A stretch of DNA of 64,000 nucleotides from Vulcanimicrobiota bacterium. GTDB taxonomy: Bacteria > Vulcanimicrobiota > Vulcanimicrobiia > Vulcanimicrobiales > Vulcanimicrobiaceae. Shown here piece after piece: positions 49,085 to 59,208 of the stretch; position 1 is the stretch's first letter; every line of letters starts with the position of its first letter. A program made the position numbers and the translations under genes. The DNA lies in assembly GCA_963820825.1 (NCBI GenBank), contig CAWGBN010000002.1:1-64000 (forward strand), in the 5' to 3' direction. The notes below the pieces were generated by a model. That model saw only the letters and a list, made by a program, of their open reading frames with translations, was not told the origin of the DNA and did not search any database.

Positions 49085-51294
49085 GGGTAGATCCCCGCCA
49101 AGGGCTGCGACCATATCGCGTAGAGACGCGCTAGGTCGAAGCGAATCCCGTTTACGATCAGCTCGCGCCCCGCGATCGTCCGGCCGATGCGAAGCGCACC
49201 GGTGAGATCGATCTCGCGTTCGTCGCTCACCTCGCAGATGAACCCGCCGGCTTCGCAGAGCGGGTTGCCGAAGTCGATCTCGGCGCCGATCTCGCGTCCG
49301 CGCAGCGTCGCGTCGAATGCGAGCCGCGCGAGCGCGGTGAGCATGCCGCCGTTGCCGATCGCGCGACACGAGAGCAAGGCGCCGCGCATATTTGCGTCGT
49401 GAACGATTCCCAGCGCGGCGCGTTCGCCGGCGTAGGAGATTGCCGGCAGTGCGCCTTCAATGCCGAGCAGTTCGGCGAGGACCGATCCCCCGACGGCGAG
49501 CTCGCGGCTTCCGATCCAGAGCAAGGTCGAATCGGACGCCTTCAACCCCGGCGTCACCACGCGCGAAACGTCGTCGAGCGCACCGATGCAGGCGACGATC
49601 GCCGAGGCGGGGACGGCGCGGCCAGTGCTCGATTCGTTGTAGAAGCTGACGTTGCCGGAGACGAAGGGCAGATCGAGCTCGGTTGCCGCTCGCGCCAAGC
49701 CGTCGACCGCGGCGACGAACTCGCCGTATTGATCGGGCTTGCGCGGATTTCCGAAGTTCAGGCAATCGGTCAGGCCGATCGGTCGCGCGCCGACCGCCGC
49801 AACGTTACGCATCGCTTCAACGACGGCGTGTTCGGCGGCGTACCCCGGATCGATCCGCCCGTAACGCGGATTTCCGGCCACGGCGAGTGCGACGCCGAGC
49901 GTCGAGCCGGGGACGGGCGCGAGCACGCCGGCATCGGCAACGCCGCGCGCAAGGACGGTGCAACCGCGCACGACCGCATCGTAGCGGCGGTAGAGCGGCT
50001 CGCGCGAGGCGACGTCGCGATGGGCGAGGATGCGTGGAAAGAGCCGCTCGACGTCGACGGCTGCGAGTTCTTCGACCGCGCCCTCGTGGCGAATGACCTC
50101 GGTATAGGGCAGCTCGTCGCGGATGGAGCCGGCGAGAAAATCGCTCTCGACGTCCATCACGACCTCGCCGCGGTAGCGCAGAACGTAACGCGGCTCGGAG
50201 GTAACGCGCCCGACGATCGTCGCACAGGCGTTGAAGGCGATCTCCGGCAGCGTAAACTCTTCGTTATAGATGCGCACCGCCTCGCGGGCGATCTCCGGCG
50301 GGAGAATCCAGAGCAGGCGCTCTTGGGTCTCGCCGACGGCGATCACCTCCGGCGGCATACCCTCGACGGCAACGTTGACCCGATCGAGATCGATCTCCGC
50401 GCCGTAACCGCCTTGCGCCGCTATCTCGGCCGAACACCCAACGATGCCGCCCGCGCCGAGATCTTTGAACCCCGCGCAGATCTTCTTCTCCCGCAGCAAC
50501 GCGAAGAGCCGATAGCTCGCGCGCATCAGCACGTTCTTCAAGAACGGATCGGGGACTTGAACCGCGCCCTTATTGAGCTCCGCCTCCTGCGCATCGAGCG
50601 TCAGCGATGAGAACGACGCGCCGCCGAAGCCGCTCGGATCGGTTGCTTTGCCGACGAGCACGATCGCCCAATCGTCGGCGCCCTTTGGTGCCGACGAATG
50701 GACGATCTCCGACTCTTTGACGATGCCCATCGCCACGACGTTGACCAGCGCGTTCTCGTCGAAGCCTTCGTCGAAATACACGTCGCCCGCGAGGTTAGGA
50801 ACGCCGATCGCGTTGCCGTACGATCCGATGCCGTCGACGACGCCCTGCGCGACGTGGCGCGCGTGCGTTCCGCTCTCCTCCACCCGTCCGAAGCGCAGCG
50901 GATCGGCGACGCCGATGACTTCGGCGCCCATGCAGAGCACGTCGCGCACGATGCCGCCGATTCCGGTCGCCGCGCCCTCGAAGGGAACGATCTGCGAGGG
51001 ATGGTTATGCGACTCGTGAGCGACGACCACGGCGTACCGCTCGCCCTCGTGGACGCCCAGGTGGAGCGCTCCGGCGTCCTCTCCAGGACCGAGGACGACG
51101 CTGCCGCCGCTGGTCGGAAGCCGCTTTAAGTGATGGCGGCTCGATTTGTAGCTGCAATGTTCGCTCCACTGCGCGTCAAAGGCGTGCAGCTCGACGATCG
51201 TAGGTTCGCGTCCGAGCCGCTGCTTGATGCGCTGCAACTCGTCGTCGCGCAGTGCGACGTTCGGAGCTCCATAGAGCCCACTAACCAAGGGCAT
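49081..51294 (-). CDS. purL: FGAM synthase subunit (small PurL)
   Basis: WSEHCSYKSS, ESHNHPS, GAATGIGGIVRD, DLGAGG, ETQER, DCLNFGNP, SGNVSFYN. Confidence 0.96.
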   Translation of the reverse strand: MPLVSGLYGAPNVALRDDELQRIKQRLGREPTIVELHAFDAQWSEHCSYKSSRHHLKRLPTSGGSVVLGPGEDAGALHLGVHEGERYAVVVAHESHNHPSQIVPFEGAATGIGGIVRDVLCMGAEVIGVADPLRFGRVEESGTHARHVAQGVVDGIGSYGNAIGVPNLAGDVYFDEGFDENALVNVVAMGIVKESEIVHSSAPKGADDWAIVLVGKATDPSGFGGASFSSLTLDAQEAELNKGAVQVPDPFLKNVLMRASYRLFALLREKKICAGFKDLGAGGIVGCSAEIAAQGGYGAEIDLDRVNVAVEGMPPEVIAVGETQERLLWILPPEIAREAVRIYNEEFTLPEIAFNACATIVGRVTSEPRYVLRYRGEVVMDVESDFLAGSIRDELPYTEVIRHEGAVEELAAVDVERLFPRILAHRDVASREPLYRRYDAVVRGCTVLARGVADAGVLAPVPGSTLGVALAVAGNPRYGRIDPGYAAEHAVVEAMRNVAAVGARPIGLTDCLNFGNPRKPDQYGEFVAAVDGLARAATELDLPFVSGNVSFYNESSTGRAVPASAIVACIGALDDVSRVVTPGLKASDSTLLWIGSRELAVGGSVLAELLGIEGALPAISYAGERAALGIVHDANMRGALLSCRAIGNGGMLTALARLAFDATLRGREIGAEIDFGNPLCEAGGFICEVSDEREIDLTGALRIGRTIAGRELIVNGIRFDLARLYAIWSQPLAGIYP

Positions 51295-52480
51295 TTCCTT
51301 GCGCGACCGGAGCCTGCTGCTGTAACGCGGCGTCGGCGTGGAGCACGCTCGAGCGAGCGTTGGCCTGCATGAGCAGCGTTCGTCCGAAGAGCACCGTGTC
51401 TTCGAGGCCGAGCAGTTTGGCGCACTGCATCGCCAGTTGCTGCGGCGCGATCGCCCCGTCGAGCACCGGAGCCGACGAGGTCTCCTCGAGCATCGAGCGC
51501 AGCAAATCGTTCTCGCCCACCGCGATCAGGATCAACCGCCCGAAACTCGTCTCGAGCTGTTGGACGAGTTGCAAGACGTAGGCGGGGGTCGAGGACGGGC
51601 TGGCGACGTGACGGACCGTCGGAAGTCCGAGTTGCCCGAGCATCTTGACGACCTCGTTCGCCCGCTCGATCTGCGCCGGCGAGTCGGCGATGACGGCGCC
51701 CATCCCCGGACGCATGACCGGGAAGGTTCCGACGAAATCGGCGACGCGTTCGTACGCGCGCTTCACCCGCTCGAGCGCTTCGTCGTCGACGCTCTCCAAA
51801 TTCCGGTAGATCTGCTTGTCGAGCATCAGCTCTTCGCGGCCCTGCGGCCAGAGACGCCACGAATCGTTGTCGATCACGTCGGCGATGACGAGCTGGCCTT
51901 GGTTCTCGCCGCCGGCCAGGCGCCCGAACTCGATCTTCAAATCGACGAGCAGCACGTCGCGCCGTCGCCAGGCGTGCGAGAGAATCTCGAAGGTCAAGCG
52001 CGCGAGCTCGGTCATCACGCCGACCTCTTGCGGCGACGCGAGGTTGCGGGCGATGATTTGATCCGGAGTAATCAGCGGATCGTGGTTGGCATCGTCTTTG
52101 AAAAAGAACTCGATGACCCGCGGGACGAGCAGCGTGCCGCGCTGCAGACTTGGATTGCGCTTGATAAACGAACCGGCCGCAACGCCGCGTGTGACGACCT
52201 CGAGCGGAATCATGTTGCAGCGCCGCACGACCATCTCGTTGTCGTCGTCATCCTCGCCGCCGTTGAGATAGTGGGTCGGCAAGCCGCACAAGTTGAGCAA
52301 GCGAAAGACTCGTGCGGTCGTCTGGGCGGCGAGCCGCCCCTTACCGGAGATCTCGTTGCGGCGCGCGCCGTCGCCGGCCGAGATATTATCCATCTGGTCG
52401 ACGACGAGCTGATGCGGCTGACCGGGATTCTCGTAGAGAACCTTGGTCTTGCCGCGCGCGATCTCGATGCCCTTATTCAT
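51281..52480 (-). CDS. purC: SAICAR synthetase fused to a degenerate class II PurE-like domain (PAICS-like)
   Basis: GKTK, MIPLEVV, FFKDDANHDP, VDLKIEFG, ADVIDNDSWRLWP, DKQIYR, plus a roughly 140-aa C-terminal extension. Confidence 0.92.
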   Translation of the reverse strand: MNKGIEIARGKTKVLYENPGQPHQLVVDQMDNISAGDGARRNEISGKGRLAAQTTARVFRLLNLCGLPTHYLNGGEDDDDNEMVVRRCNMIPLEVVTRGVAAGSFIKRNPSLQRGTLLVPRVIEFFFKDDANHDPLITPDQIIARNLASPQEVGVMTELARLTFEILSHAWRRRDVLLVDLKIEFGRLAGGENQGQLVIADVIDNDSWRLWPQGREELMLDKQIYRNLESVDDEALERVKRAYERVADFVGTFPVMRPGMGAVIADSPAQIERANEVVKMLGQLGLPTVRHVASPSSTPAYVLQLVQQLETSFGRLILIAVGENDLLRSMLEETSSAPVLDGAIAPQQLAMQCAKLLGLEDTVLFGRTLLMQANARSSVLHADAALQQQAPVAQGNALG

Positions 52481-53895
52481 GAGACGCGCACCTCGATCTG
52501 GCGCGGAAACGGCTCGAGATGCTCGATGCGGCCGGCGAGCAGCCGGGCCCGCTGCGGTGCGGTTCCTACCTGCGTGCTCGGATCGAGCAGGCGCCTGATC
52601 TCGGCGGGGTCGAGCAACGCGGTCAACTCGGGATCTTCGGCAAGCAGGCGCGAGAGCGGATTATCCTCGCCGCGACCAACCGCCGCCCACGCCTCCATCG
52701 ATGCACTGCGCAGTCTTTCGTGGAGCTGCTGGCGGTCTCCGCCGGCGCGGACCGCCTCGAGCATGACGGCCTGCGTGCCGGCAAACGGCGCGTAGGTTCG
52801 CAAGTTCGCGGCGATTCGGCGCTCGTCGACCCGCATGCCGTCGACGACGGTGCGCGCCAGCGTTACGATCTCGTCGGCGCAGAGCAGCGCTTCGGGAAGC
52901 ACCACGCGTCGGTTCGCGCTATCGTCCAACGTTCGTTCCAGGAAGTTCGTCGCGGCGTTCTGCCAAGTGACGTCGGCGTATGCGGGAAGGAGCCGCGCGA
53001 GCGAGCCGATGCGCTCGCTCAAAATTGGATTGCGCTTGAACGGCATCGCGGAGCTGCCGACTTGCCCCTTGCCGAACGGCTCCGAGATCTCGCCGAAGCC
53101 GGGGCTCGCGAGCACGCGTACGTCTGCGGCGAACTTCGAGAGCGATGCTCCCAGACCGGCGAGCGCCGAGAGCAGCAGGTAATCGAGCTTGCGCGGATAG
53201 GTCTGCGTGCTGATCTCGCGCGCCATCAGACCGAATCGCTCGAGGACGAAGGCCTCGATCTCGCTCGAGCGCCCGCTGTGTTGAAGGAGGCGTTCGTACG
53301 ACGCCGCGGTGCCGACCGCACCGCGTAATCCCTTGGTCGTCAAGTTCTCGAAGACGAAGCGCAGCGTCCGGTCGTCAACGAGCAGATCCTGTGCGTAGGC
53401 CGCGAGCCGGTAGCCGACCGTCGTCGGCTCCGCAGGCTGCAGATGCGTGTAGGCCATGCAGATGAGATCCGCGTGCTCGCGAATCTTCGCGGCGAAGGTA
53501 ACGAGCAGTTCGTCGAGGTTCCGGCCGACGTACGAGAGCGCGAGGCGCAAGCGATAGGTCTCGACGGTGTCTTCGATATCCATCGACGTCGCGCCAAGAT
53601 GCAGCTTTCCGCCACCGCGCCGCGCTTGCTGCGCGAAGACCCGAATCTCCGCCATGAGATCGTGGTGGATCTCCCGCTCGATCTCGACGGCGGCTTCGAC
53701 GTCGATTTCGCCCGCGTGCGCGCGCAGGTCGGCGACCTCGCCTTCCTCTATGAGACCGTGGACCGACTGCGCCTCGGCGAGAGCGACCCAGGCCGCACGC
53801 CAGAGCCGGCGGCGCATCTTCTCCGAAAAGAGCACGCGCAGCGGCGCGCGTCCGTATCTCCACGAGAACGGAGAGGCGTAGGATTCGTAATCCAT
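52477..53895 (-). CDS. purB: adenylosuccinate lyase
   Basis: SPFSWRY, HLGATSMD, THLQPA, GSSAMPFKRNP, ERTLDDSANRR. Confidence 0.95.
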   Translation of the reverse strand: MDYESYASPFSWRYGRAPLRVLFSEKMRRRLWRAAWVALAEAQSVHGLIEEGEVADLRAHAGEIDVEAAVEIEREIHHDLMAEIRVFAQQARRGGGKLHLGATSMDIEDTVETYRLRLALSYVGRNLDELLVTFAAKIREHADLICMAYTHLQPAEPTTVGYRLAAYAQDLLVDDRTLRFVFENLTTKGLRGAVGTAASYERLLQHSGRSSEIEAFVLERFGLMAREISTQTYPRKLDYLLLSALAGLGASLSKFAADVRVLASPGFGEISEPFGKGQVGSSAMPFKRNPILSERIGSLARLLPAYADVTWQNAATNFLERTLDDSANRRVVLPEALLCADEIVTLARTVVDGMRVDERRIAANLRTYAPFAGTQAVMLEAVRAGGDRQQLHERLRSASMEAWAAVGRGEDNPLSRLLAEDPELTALLDPAEIRRLLDPSTQVGTAPQRARLLAGRIEHLEPFPRQIEVRVS

Positions 53896-53954
53896 GGACG
53901 AGGTTGCCCTTCGCCTCACGGGAAGCCGCCGCCTCGTCACCGTACTGCACGAAA

Positions 53955-55583
53955 ATGAGGAGTACGGCGGCACGCGTGATCGCCGCCGCGATCGCCCTTG
54001 CCGCCTGCACGAAGACCGGAGACGTAACCGCCGGCCGCCACCCATGGACGGTACCGGGACTGCTGCGCGTCGCGGTCCCCGAAGAGCCGAAGAATCTCAA
54101 TCCGCTGCTTGCCGGAACGACGATCGAGATCTTCATCGATCGACTGATGTTCGAACCGTTGCTCTCGGCCGATCCCCGCGGAAATCCGGTGCCGATGTTG
54201 GCGGCGAAGGTGCCGACGCAGGATAACGGCGGCGTTTCGCGCGACGGCCTAACGATCGTCTATCGCCTGCGCGACGACGCGCGCTGGAGCGACGGGACGC
54301 CGGTCACCGCCCACGACGTCGCCTGGTCGTGGCAGGCGATCGAGAATACGCGCAACAACGTCGTCTCGCGCCACGGCTACGACGACGTCCGCGCGATCGA
54401 TACGCCCGATCCGCATACCCTGGTCGTTCACCTGAAGCAGCCCTTCTCGCCGTTCGTGAACACCTTTTTCGCTGAGAGCGACCAGCCGTACGAAATCGTG
54501 CCGGCGCACGTGCTCGGCCGCTATCCCGACATCAATCAAATTCCGTTCAACGACCGGCCGCTGGTCAGTGACGGCCCCTTTCGCTTCACCTCGTGGCAGC
54601 GCGGCGATCGCATTCTGCTCGATGCCAATCCGTCGTTCTTCAACGGTCCGCCGCGATTGAAGCACGTCGAGATTCACTTCGTTCCAAACGAAGAGACGGC
54701 GGTGAATCTCTTGCGGACGCACACGATCGACTACATCCAGCAGCCGTCGATCGGAACCTACCCCGCACTGCGAGGACTGCCCGATACGCAGATCGTTTGG
54801 GTGAACGTCAACGGCTTCGAGGGGATGGAGATGAATCTCTCGCATCCGCCCTTGGACGACGTTCGCGTACGCCGGGCAGTCGCGGCCGCGCTCGACAAGG
54901 CCGCCTTCACTCGTGAGGTGACGCACGGCCAGACCATCACCGCAACCGAGGATCTGCCCAACTGGATCTGGGCCTTCGATCCGTTCGTGCGCTCGGTGCC
55001 GTTCGATCCTACTGCCGCCGCCGCATCGCTCGCGCGCTTAGGCTGGATCGCGGGCTCCGATGGCATCGCGCGCAAGAACGGCCGGGCGCTCGAGCTCACC
55101 CTCACGACCGATTCGGTCACCGCAGCCCATCGCGCCGAGAGCCTTCTCGTGCAAGCGGCGTTACGCCGAATCGGCATCGCGGTGCAGGTGAAGTACTATC
55201 CGCTCGACATCCTCTACGCACCGGCGGGGATGGGCGGCATTCAGCACGGCGGAAAGTTCGATCTGCTCGTCTACGGCTGGTATGCGGGAATCGATCCCGA
55301 CAATTCGTCGGAACTCACCTGCGAGAACTTCCCGCCGCACGGCTACAACGATCCGCGCTACTGCAGCCGCGAGATGGACGCGCTGCAGGCCGCCGCGCTA
55401 ACGCACTACGATCGCCGCACGCGTAAGGGCGCCTATTCGAAGATCGAGCACCTGCTCTCGATCGACAATCCGATTCTCTACTTTTGGTGGCAGCGACAAC
55501 AGGAGGCGATCAGCGTCGACTTCCACGGTTTCGCACCGAATCCGGTGACCGAATCGTGGAACGCCTGGCAATGGAGTACTTAG
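53955..55583 (+). CDS. peptide ABC transporter substrate-binding lipoprotein (family 5)
   Basis: lipobox LAAC, LNP, WSDGTPVTAHDV, GPFR, DVRVRRA. Confidence 0.92.
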   Translation: MRSTAARVIAAAIALAACTKTGDVTAGRHPWTVPGLLRVAVPEEPKNLNPLLAGTTIEIFIDRLMFEPLLSADPRGNPVPMLAAKVPTQDNGGVSRDGLTIVYRLRDDARWSDGTPVTAHDVAWSWQAIENTRNNVVSRHGYDDVRAIDTPDPHTLVVHLKQPFSPFVNTFFAESDQPYEIVPAHVLGRYPDINQIPFNDRPLVSDGPFRFTSWQRGDRILLDANPSFFNGPPRLKHVEIHFVPNEETAVNLLRTHTIDYIQQPSIGTYPALRGLPDTQIVWVNVNGFEGMEMNLSHPPLDDVRVRRAVAAALDKAAFTREVTHGQTITATEDLPNWIWAFDPFVRSVPFDPTAAAASLARLGWIAGSDGIARKNGRALELTLTTDSVTAAHRAESLLVQAALRRIGIAVQVKYYPLDILYAPAGMGGIQHGGKFDLLVYGWYAGIDPDNSSELTCENFPPHGYNDPRYCSREMDALQAAALTHYDRRTRKGAYSKIEHLLSIDNPILYFWWQRQQEAISVDFHGFAPNPVTESWNAWQWST

Positions 55584-55601
55584 CAAGGAATAAGGGCGAA
55601 A

Positions 55602-56831
55602 CTAGCGCGTTTCGTTACGGATTGCGGGTGAAGCGACGGCGATCGCCGCGATAATAACGTAACCAACTGCGGAGAGCACCATCGCCGTGTGGGGCGAGCG
55701 ATGATCGGCGACCCAGCCGAAGAGCAGAACGCCGGGAGCGATGCCGGCGAGCACCAAGAGACGCACCGCACCCATGACGCGGCCGACCATATCGGGAGGC
55801 GTGACGCGCATTCGAAAACCGAGAATCTGCGCGACCTCGAAGTTGGCCAGTGCGTTCGCACTCGCCCAGAAGAACGCCGCAACCCAAATGTTCGAAGCGA
55901 GGACGACGGGGATGAAGAGCACCGCGTCGAGCGTATACGCGACGGCGAGGGCGCGCCCGAAGGGCCACCGGTTCGGATAGCGTGCGGCGAGCGACGCACC
56001 CCCGACCGAGCCCAGCGCGGAGATTGCGAAAAAGATGCCGACCTGTTGATCCGTTGCCTCGAAGCCTTTCTTGAGAAACGGAATCAAGATCGCGTATCCG
56101 CCGACTCCGAAGATGTTGAGCGAGAACGCGGCAAAGGCTTGGGCGCGCATGCCGAGATCACCCCAGAGGTGACGGTATCCAAGCGCGACGTCGTCGATCA
56201 AGTGCCGCAGCGACGGAAGGCCCGCGACCTTCTCTGGACCGAGCGACGGAATCCATATGAGCGAAAGCTGCGAGGCAAGGTAGGTGAGCGCGTTGATCGT
56301 CAGCGCGGGCAGCGGACCGAAATAGGCAAAGAGCGCGCCGCCGATGGCCGGAGTCATCAGATCCGACGTGTTCTCGGCAGTCATGAGCACCGCGACTCCC
56401 TTCGTCGCCTGATCCCGGCCGAGCAGATAGGGAATGCTCGGCGCCTGACCGCCGAGAAACCCGGCCGCGCAGACCGAGATGAGGATCAGACCGCCGTAGA
56501 TCATCGGAAGGGTCAGCACGTGCAGCGCGTAGGTGATCGCAAAGCCGCTCATCACCAGGAAGCGCACCGCATCGCAGCCGAGCATGAGCCGTCGCCGGTC
56601 GACGCGATCCGCGAGCGAGCCGCCGACCAGCGCGAAGAGCGAGAAGGGCGCGATCTCGCAGATCAGCGCCGTGCCGGTGGAGAGCGCGGAGTGGGTGAGG
56701 TGATAGGCGAGCAGCGGAACGGAGAGCGTACGCAATCCGTCGCCGATGAAGCTGAGAGATTGACCGGCGAAGTATCGCCGAAAGGCGCGCGACGCAAAAA
56801 TGCCCGGCGCGCCGCTCGCACCGGCGCTCAC
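55602..56831 (-). CDS. MFS transporter (MFS_3/EntS-like)
   Basis: FRRYFAGQSLS, G.LADRVDRRRLM, 12 hydrophobic segments. Confidence 0.9.
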   Translation of the reverse strand: MSAGASGAPGIFASRAFRRYFAGQSLSFIGDGLRTLSVPLLAYHLTHSALSTGTALICEIAPFSLFALVGGSLADRVDRRRLMLGCDAVRFLVMSGFAITYALHVLTLPMIYGGLILISVCAAGFLGGQAPSIPYLLGRDQATKGVAVLMTAENTSDLMTPAIGGALFAYFGPLPALTINALTYLASQLSLIWIPSLGPEKVAGLPSLRHLIDDVALGYRHLWGDLGMRAQAFAAFSLNIFGVGGYAILIPFLKKGFEATDQQVGIFFAISALGSVGGASLAARYPNRWPFGRALAVAYTLDAVLFIPVVLASNIWVAAFFWASANALANFEVAQILGFRMRVTPPDMVGRVMGAVRLLVLAGIAPGVLLFGWVADHRSPHTAMVLSAVGYVIIAAIAVASPAIRNETR

Positions 56832-56832
56832 G

Positions 56833-57816
56833 TTAGCGCCGCGAGAGCCCGGCGAGCTCGACGGTGATCCGGTCGACGAGCGTGCGCTGATCGTCGGGAT
56901 CGCTCCCGGCGCGGCCGGTCACAATCGCTTCGATTCCACGAACGGCTCGCTCGTACGCGACGCGCGCCCGGCGTTCTCCGACTCGCTGCGCGACCGGGCG
57001 CAAGGCGCGCTCCCGCCAGCGAGCGCGGGCGGGCAGCTCGCCGCCGGGGCGGGCCAGTTCCCACAGGCTCATGCATTCGGTGGCGAGCGCCGAGAGCAGT
57101 GCGATCCCGGCGCGAGAATCGTTGGCGAACGACTCGTGCGCGATCGCCAGCGCTTCGTCGACTCTGCCTTCCGCGAGTGCGCTGGCGTAGCGATAGGCCT
57201 TCGGATCCTCGATCGAGATCGCTTCGCGTTCCAGATCCTTCAGCGTGATCTTCTTCCCCGCCAACGCGAGCTTTTCGAGATCGTTTCGCACGGCAGCCAG
57301 CTCGGCGCTGCTTCGCGCAAGCTCGTCGACTGCGCGCGGTTCGGCCGTTGTGTTCAAACGGGTCAGCAGCTCCTCGACGAACCGCGCGCGCGTCTCTTCG
57401 CCCGCGGTCGTGTCGATGCGCATCGCCGCGCGTCCCGCCATGACGCCGAACGATTGCGGACCCTTGCCGCGCGGTGCGAGCAGGTCGATTAGCACTAGCG
57501 TACTTCCTTCGGGGACGTTCTGCGCGACCTCCCAGAGATCGCGGCGCGGCTGCGCGCGCATCGTCTGCGTCTCCGAGACGACGACGACGCGCCGCTCGGC
57601 GAGAAAGGGCATCGCCTGCAGCGCCTCGGCGACGCGACCCGCATCGCCGGCATCCTCGGCCGGGAAACGCTCGAGGTTGAGATCGCGAACGTCGGGCGGC
57701 AGCAGCCGATCGAGCAATATCTCGAGCGCGCGCTCGGCCAGCGCACGTTCGGTCCCCTCGATGACGACGAGCTTGCCGATCGCCGGCTCGCGGTCGAGAA
57801 AATCGTAAAACTTCAC
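56833..57816 (-). CDS. holA: DNA polymerase III subunit delta
   Basis: IEGTE..L, DLNLERF, MPFLAERRVVVV, NDLEKLAL. Confidence 0.85.
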   Translation of the reverse strand: MKFYDFLDREPAIGKLVVIEGTERALAERALEILLDRLLPPDVRDLNLERFPAEDAGDAGRVAEALQAMPFLAERRVVVVSETQTMRAQPRRDLWEVAQNVPEGSTLVLIDLLAPRGKGPQSFGVMAGRAAMRIDTTAGEETRARFVEELLTRLNTTAEPRAVDELARSSAELAAVRNDLEKLALAGKKITLKDLEREAISIEDPKAYRYASALAEGRVDEALAIAHESFANDSRAGIALLSALATECMSLWELARPGGELPARARWRERALRPVAQRVGERRARVAYERAVRGIEAIVTGRAGSDPDDQRTLVDRITVELAGLSRR

Positions 57817-57820
57817 GCGG

Positions 57821-58822
57821 CTAGACGCCGGCGCTCAAGATGCGCGGTGCGAACTCCAACGCCGGAATCGATTCGACGTAGGGCGGCCTCAGAATGCCGT
57901 ACTCCGTGACGAATGCGGTCACGAGTCGCCCCGGCGTAACGTCGAAGGCCGGATTATAGACGGCGGCGCCGTCGGGGGCGGTCCGATTGCCGGCGAAGGC
58001 GGCGACTTCAGCGGCATCGCGTTGCTCGATCGGAATCTCCGCCCCGCTCTCGCTGCGCAGATCGAACGTCGAACGCGGAGCGGCGACGTAGAACGGTATG
58101 CCGTGGTGTGCCGCGAGTATCGCGAGGCCATAGGTTCCGATCTTATTTGCGGTGTCGCCGTTACGTACGACCCGATCGGCGCCGACGATCACCAAGTCGA
58201 TCCGCTCTTCTTTCATCGCGAGTGCCGCGGCGGAATCGACGAGCAGCACCGCATCGACCCCGGCGTCGCGCAGCTCCATATAGTTCAGCCGCGCCCCCTG
58301 CAGCAGCGGACGCGTCTCGTCGACGAAGGCGCGCGGCTTCTTCCCGCCGAGCTGCGCGGCGATGATCACGCCGGCCGCCGTCCCGCCGCCGGCCGTGGCG
58401 AGCGGTCCGGTGTTGCAGTGGGTGAGGATTCGCGCGCCCTTCGGAACGAGCTCAAGGCCGTTGCGCGCGATGGCCGCGTCGATCGCGATCTGCTCGTCGT
58501 GGATCGTGCGAGCCTCGTCGAGCGGATCGCCGGCGGCCAGAACGCGATCGACCGCCCAGGCGAGATTGACCGCGGTCGGGCGCGCCGCTCGTACGCGCTG
58601 CGCCGCCGCCGCGAATGCCGCGTCGTCGGAGATCGTGCGCCGAAGCAGCGCGACGCCGTACGCGGCGAAGACCCCGATGCAGGGCGCGCCGCGGACCGCG
58701 AGGCTCTTGATCGCATCGACGAGCTCGTCGGCGCTCTGTGCGCGAACGTACCGAACCTCGTGGGGAAGCAGACGCTGATCGAGATAGCAAACGGCGTCGC
58801 CGTCCCATTCGATTACCGTTAT
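57821..58822 (-). CDS. mtnA: S-methyl-5-thioribose-1-phosphate isomerase; intact frame starting at an ATA codon
   Basis: IEW....LDQRLLP, VRGAPCIG, RPTAVNL, THCNTG.LAT, ETRPLLQGARL, GDTANKIGT, NPAFDVTP, all in one frame. Confidence 0.92.
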   Translation of the reverse strand: MTVIEWDGDAVCYLDQRLLPHEVRYVRAQSADELVDAIKSLAVRGAPCIGVFAAYGVALLRRTISDDAAFAAAAQRVRAARPTAVNLAWAVDRVLAAGDPLDEARTIHDEQIAIDAAIARNGLELVPKGARILTHCNTGPLATAGGGTAAGVIIAAQLGGKKPRAFVDETRPLLQGARLNYMELRDAGVDAVLLVDSAAALAMKEERIDLVIVGADRVVRNGDTANKIGTYGLAILAAHHGIPFYVAAPRSTFDLRSESGAEIPIEQRDAAEVAAFAGNRTAPDGAAVYNPAFDVTPGRLVTAFVTEYGILRPPYVESIPALEFAPRILSAGV

Positions 58823-58861
58823 GGCGTGTTCACCCCGCTGCGCGCCGGCGCAGGGAACGGC

Positions 58862-59158
58862 TCAGACCCCGGCCGGTACCTTCGACGAATAGCACGACCG
58901 GCAGTAGACGGGCCGGTCGCCGCGCGGACGGAACGGGACCGTCGTCTCCACGCCGCAGGCCGCGCAGACCGCACCGTAGCTCGGACGGCTCTGCGCGCTC
59001 GCGCTCCTCTCCCCGCCCTGGGCCCTCCGAGCCTGGCGGCACTCGCGACAGCGCAGCGGCTGGTTCGCGAAGCCCTTCTCGGCGAAGAACACCTGCTCTC
59101 GCTCGGTGAAGATGAACTCGTTCCCGCAGTCCTTACAGCTAAGAATCTTATCTTCCAA
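58862..59158 (-). CDS. double zinc-ribbon protein (CxxC-x17-CxxC type)
   Basis: CKDCG.EF.FT..EQ.FF.EKGF.N.P.RC..C and C..CG....VPFRP...RPVYC..C. Confidence 0.88.
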   Translation of the reverse strand: MEDKILSCKDCGNEFIFTEREQVFFAEKGFANQPLRCRECRQARRAQGGERSASAQSRPSYGAVCAACGVETTVPFRPRGDRPVYCRSCYSSKVPAGV

Positions 59159-59208
59159 CGCTCTACTCCCCGTGCAGCTCGAACTGCGCTACATGCGACT
59201 AAGGTCAC

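Noticed and set aside
53896..53954. Purine or ZTP riboswitch ahead of the pur genes
   Set aside because: The intergenic gaps before purB, purF and purM are too short and lack recognisable aptamer motifs.
58830..58864. Hairpin after the zinc-ribbon UGA as a SECIS element
   Set aside because: The UGA is not at a Cys-equivalent position and the zinc-ribbon protein is complete without read-through.
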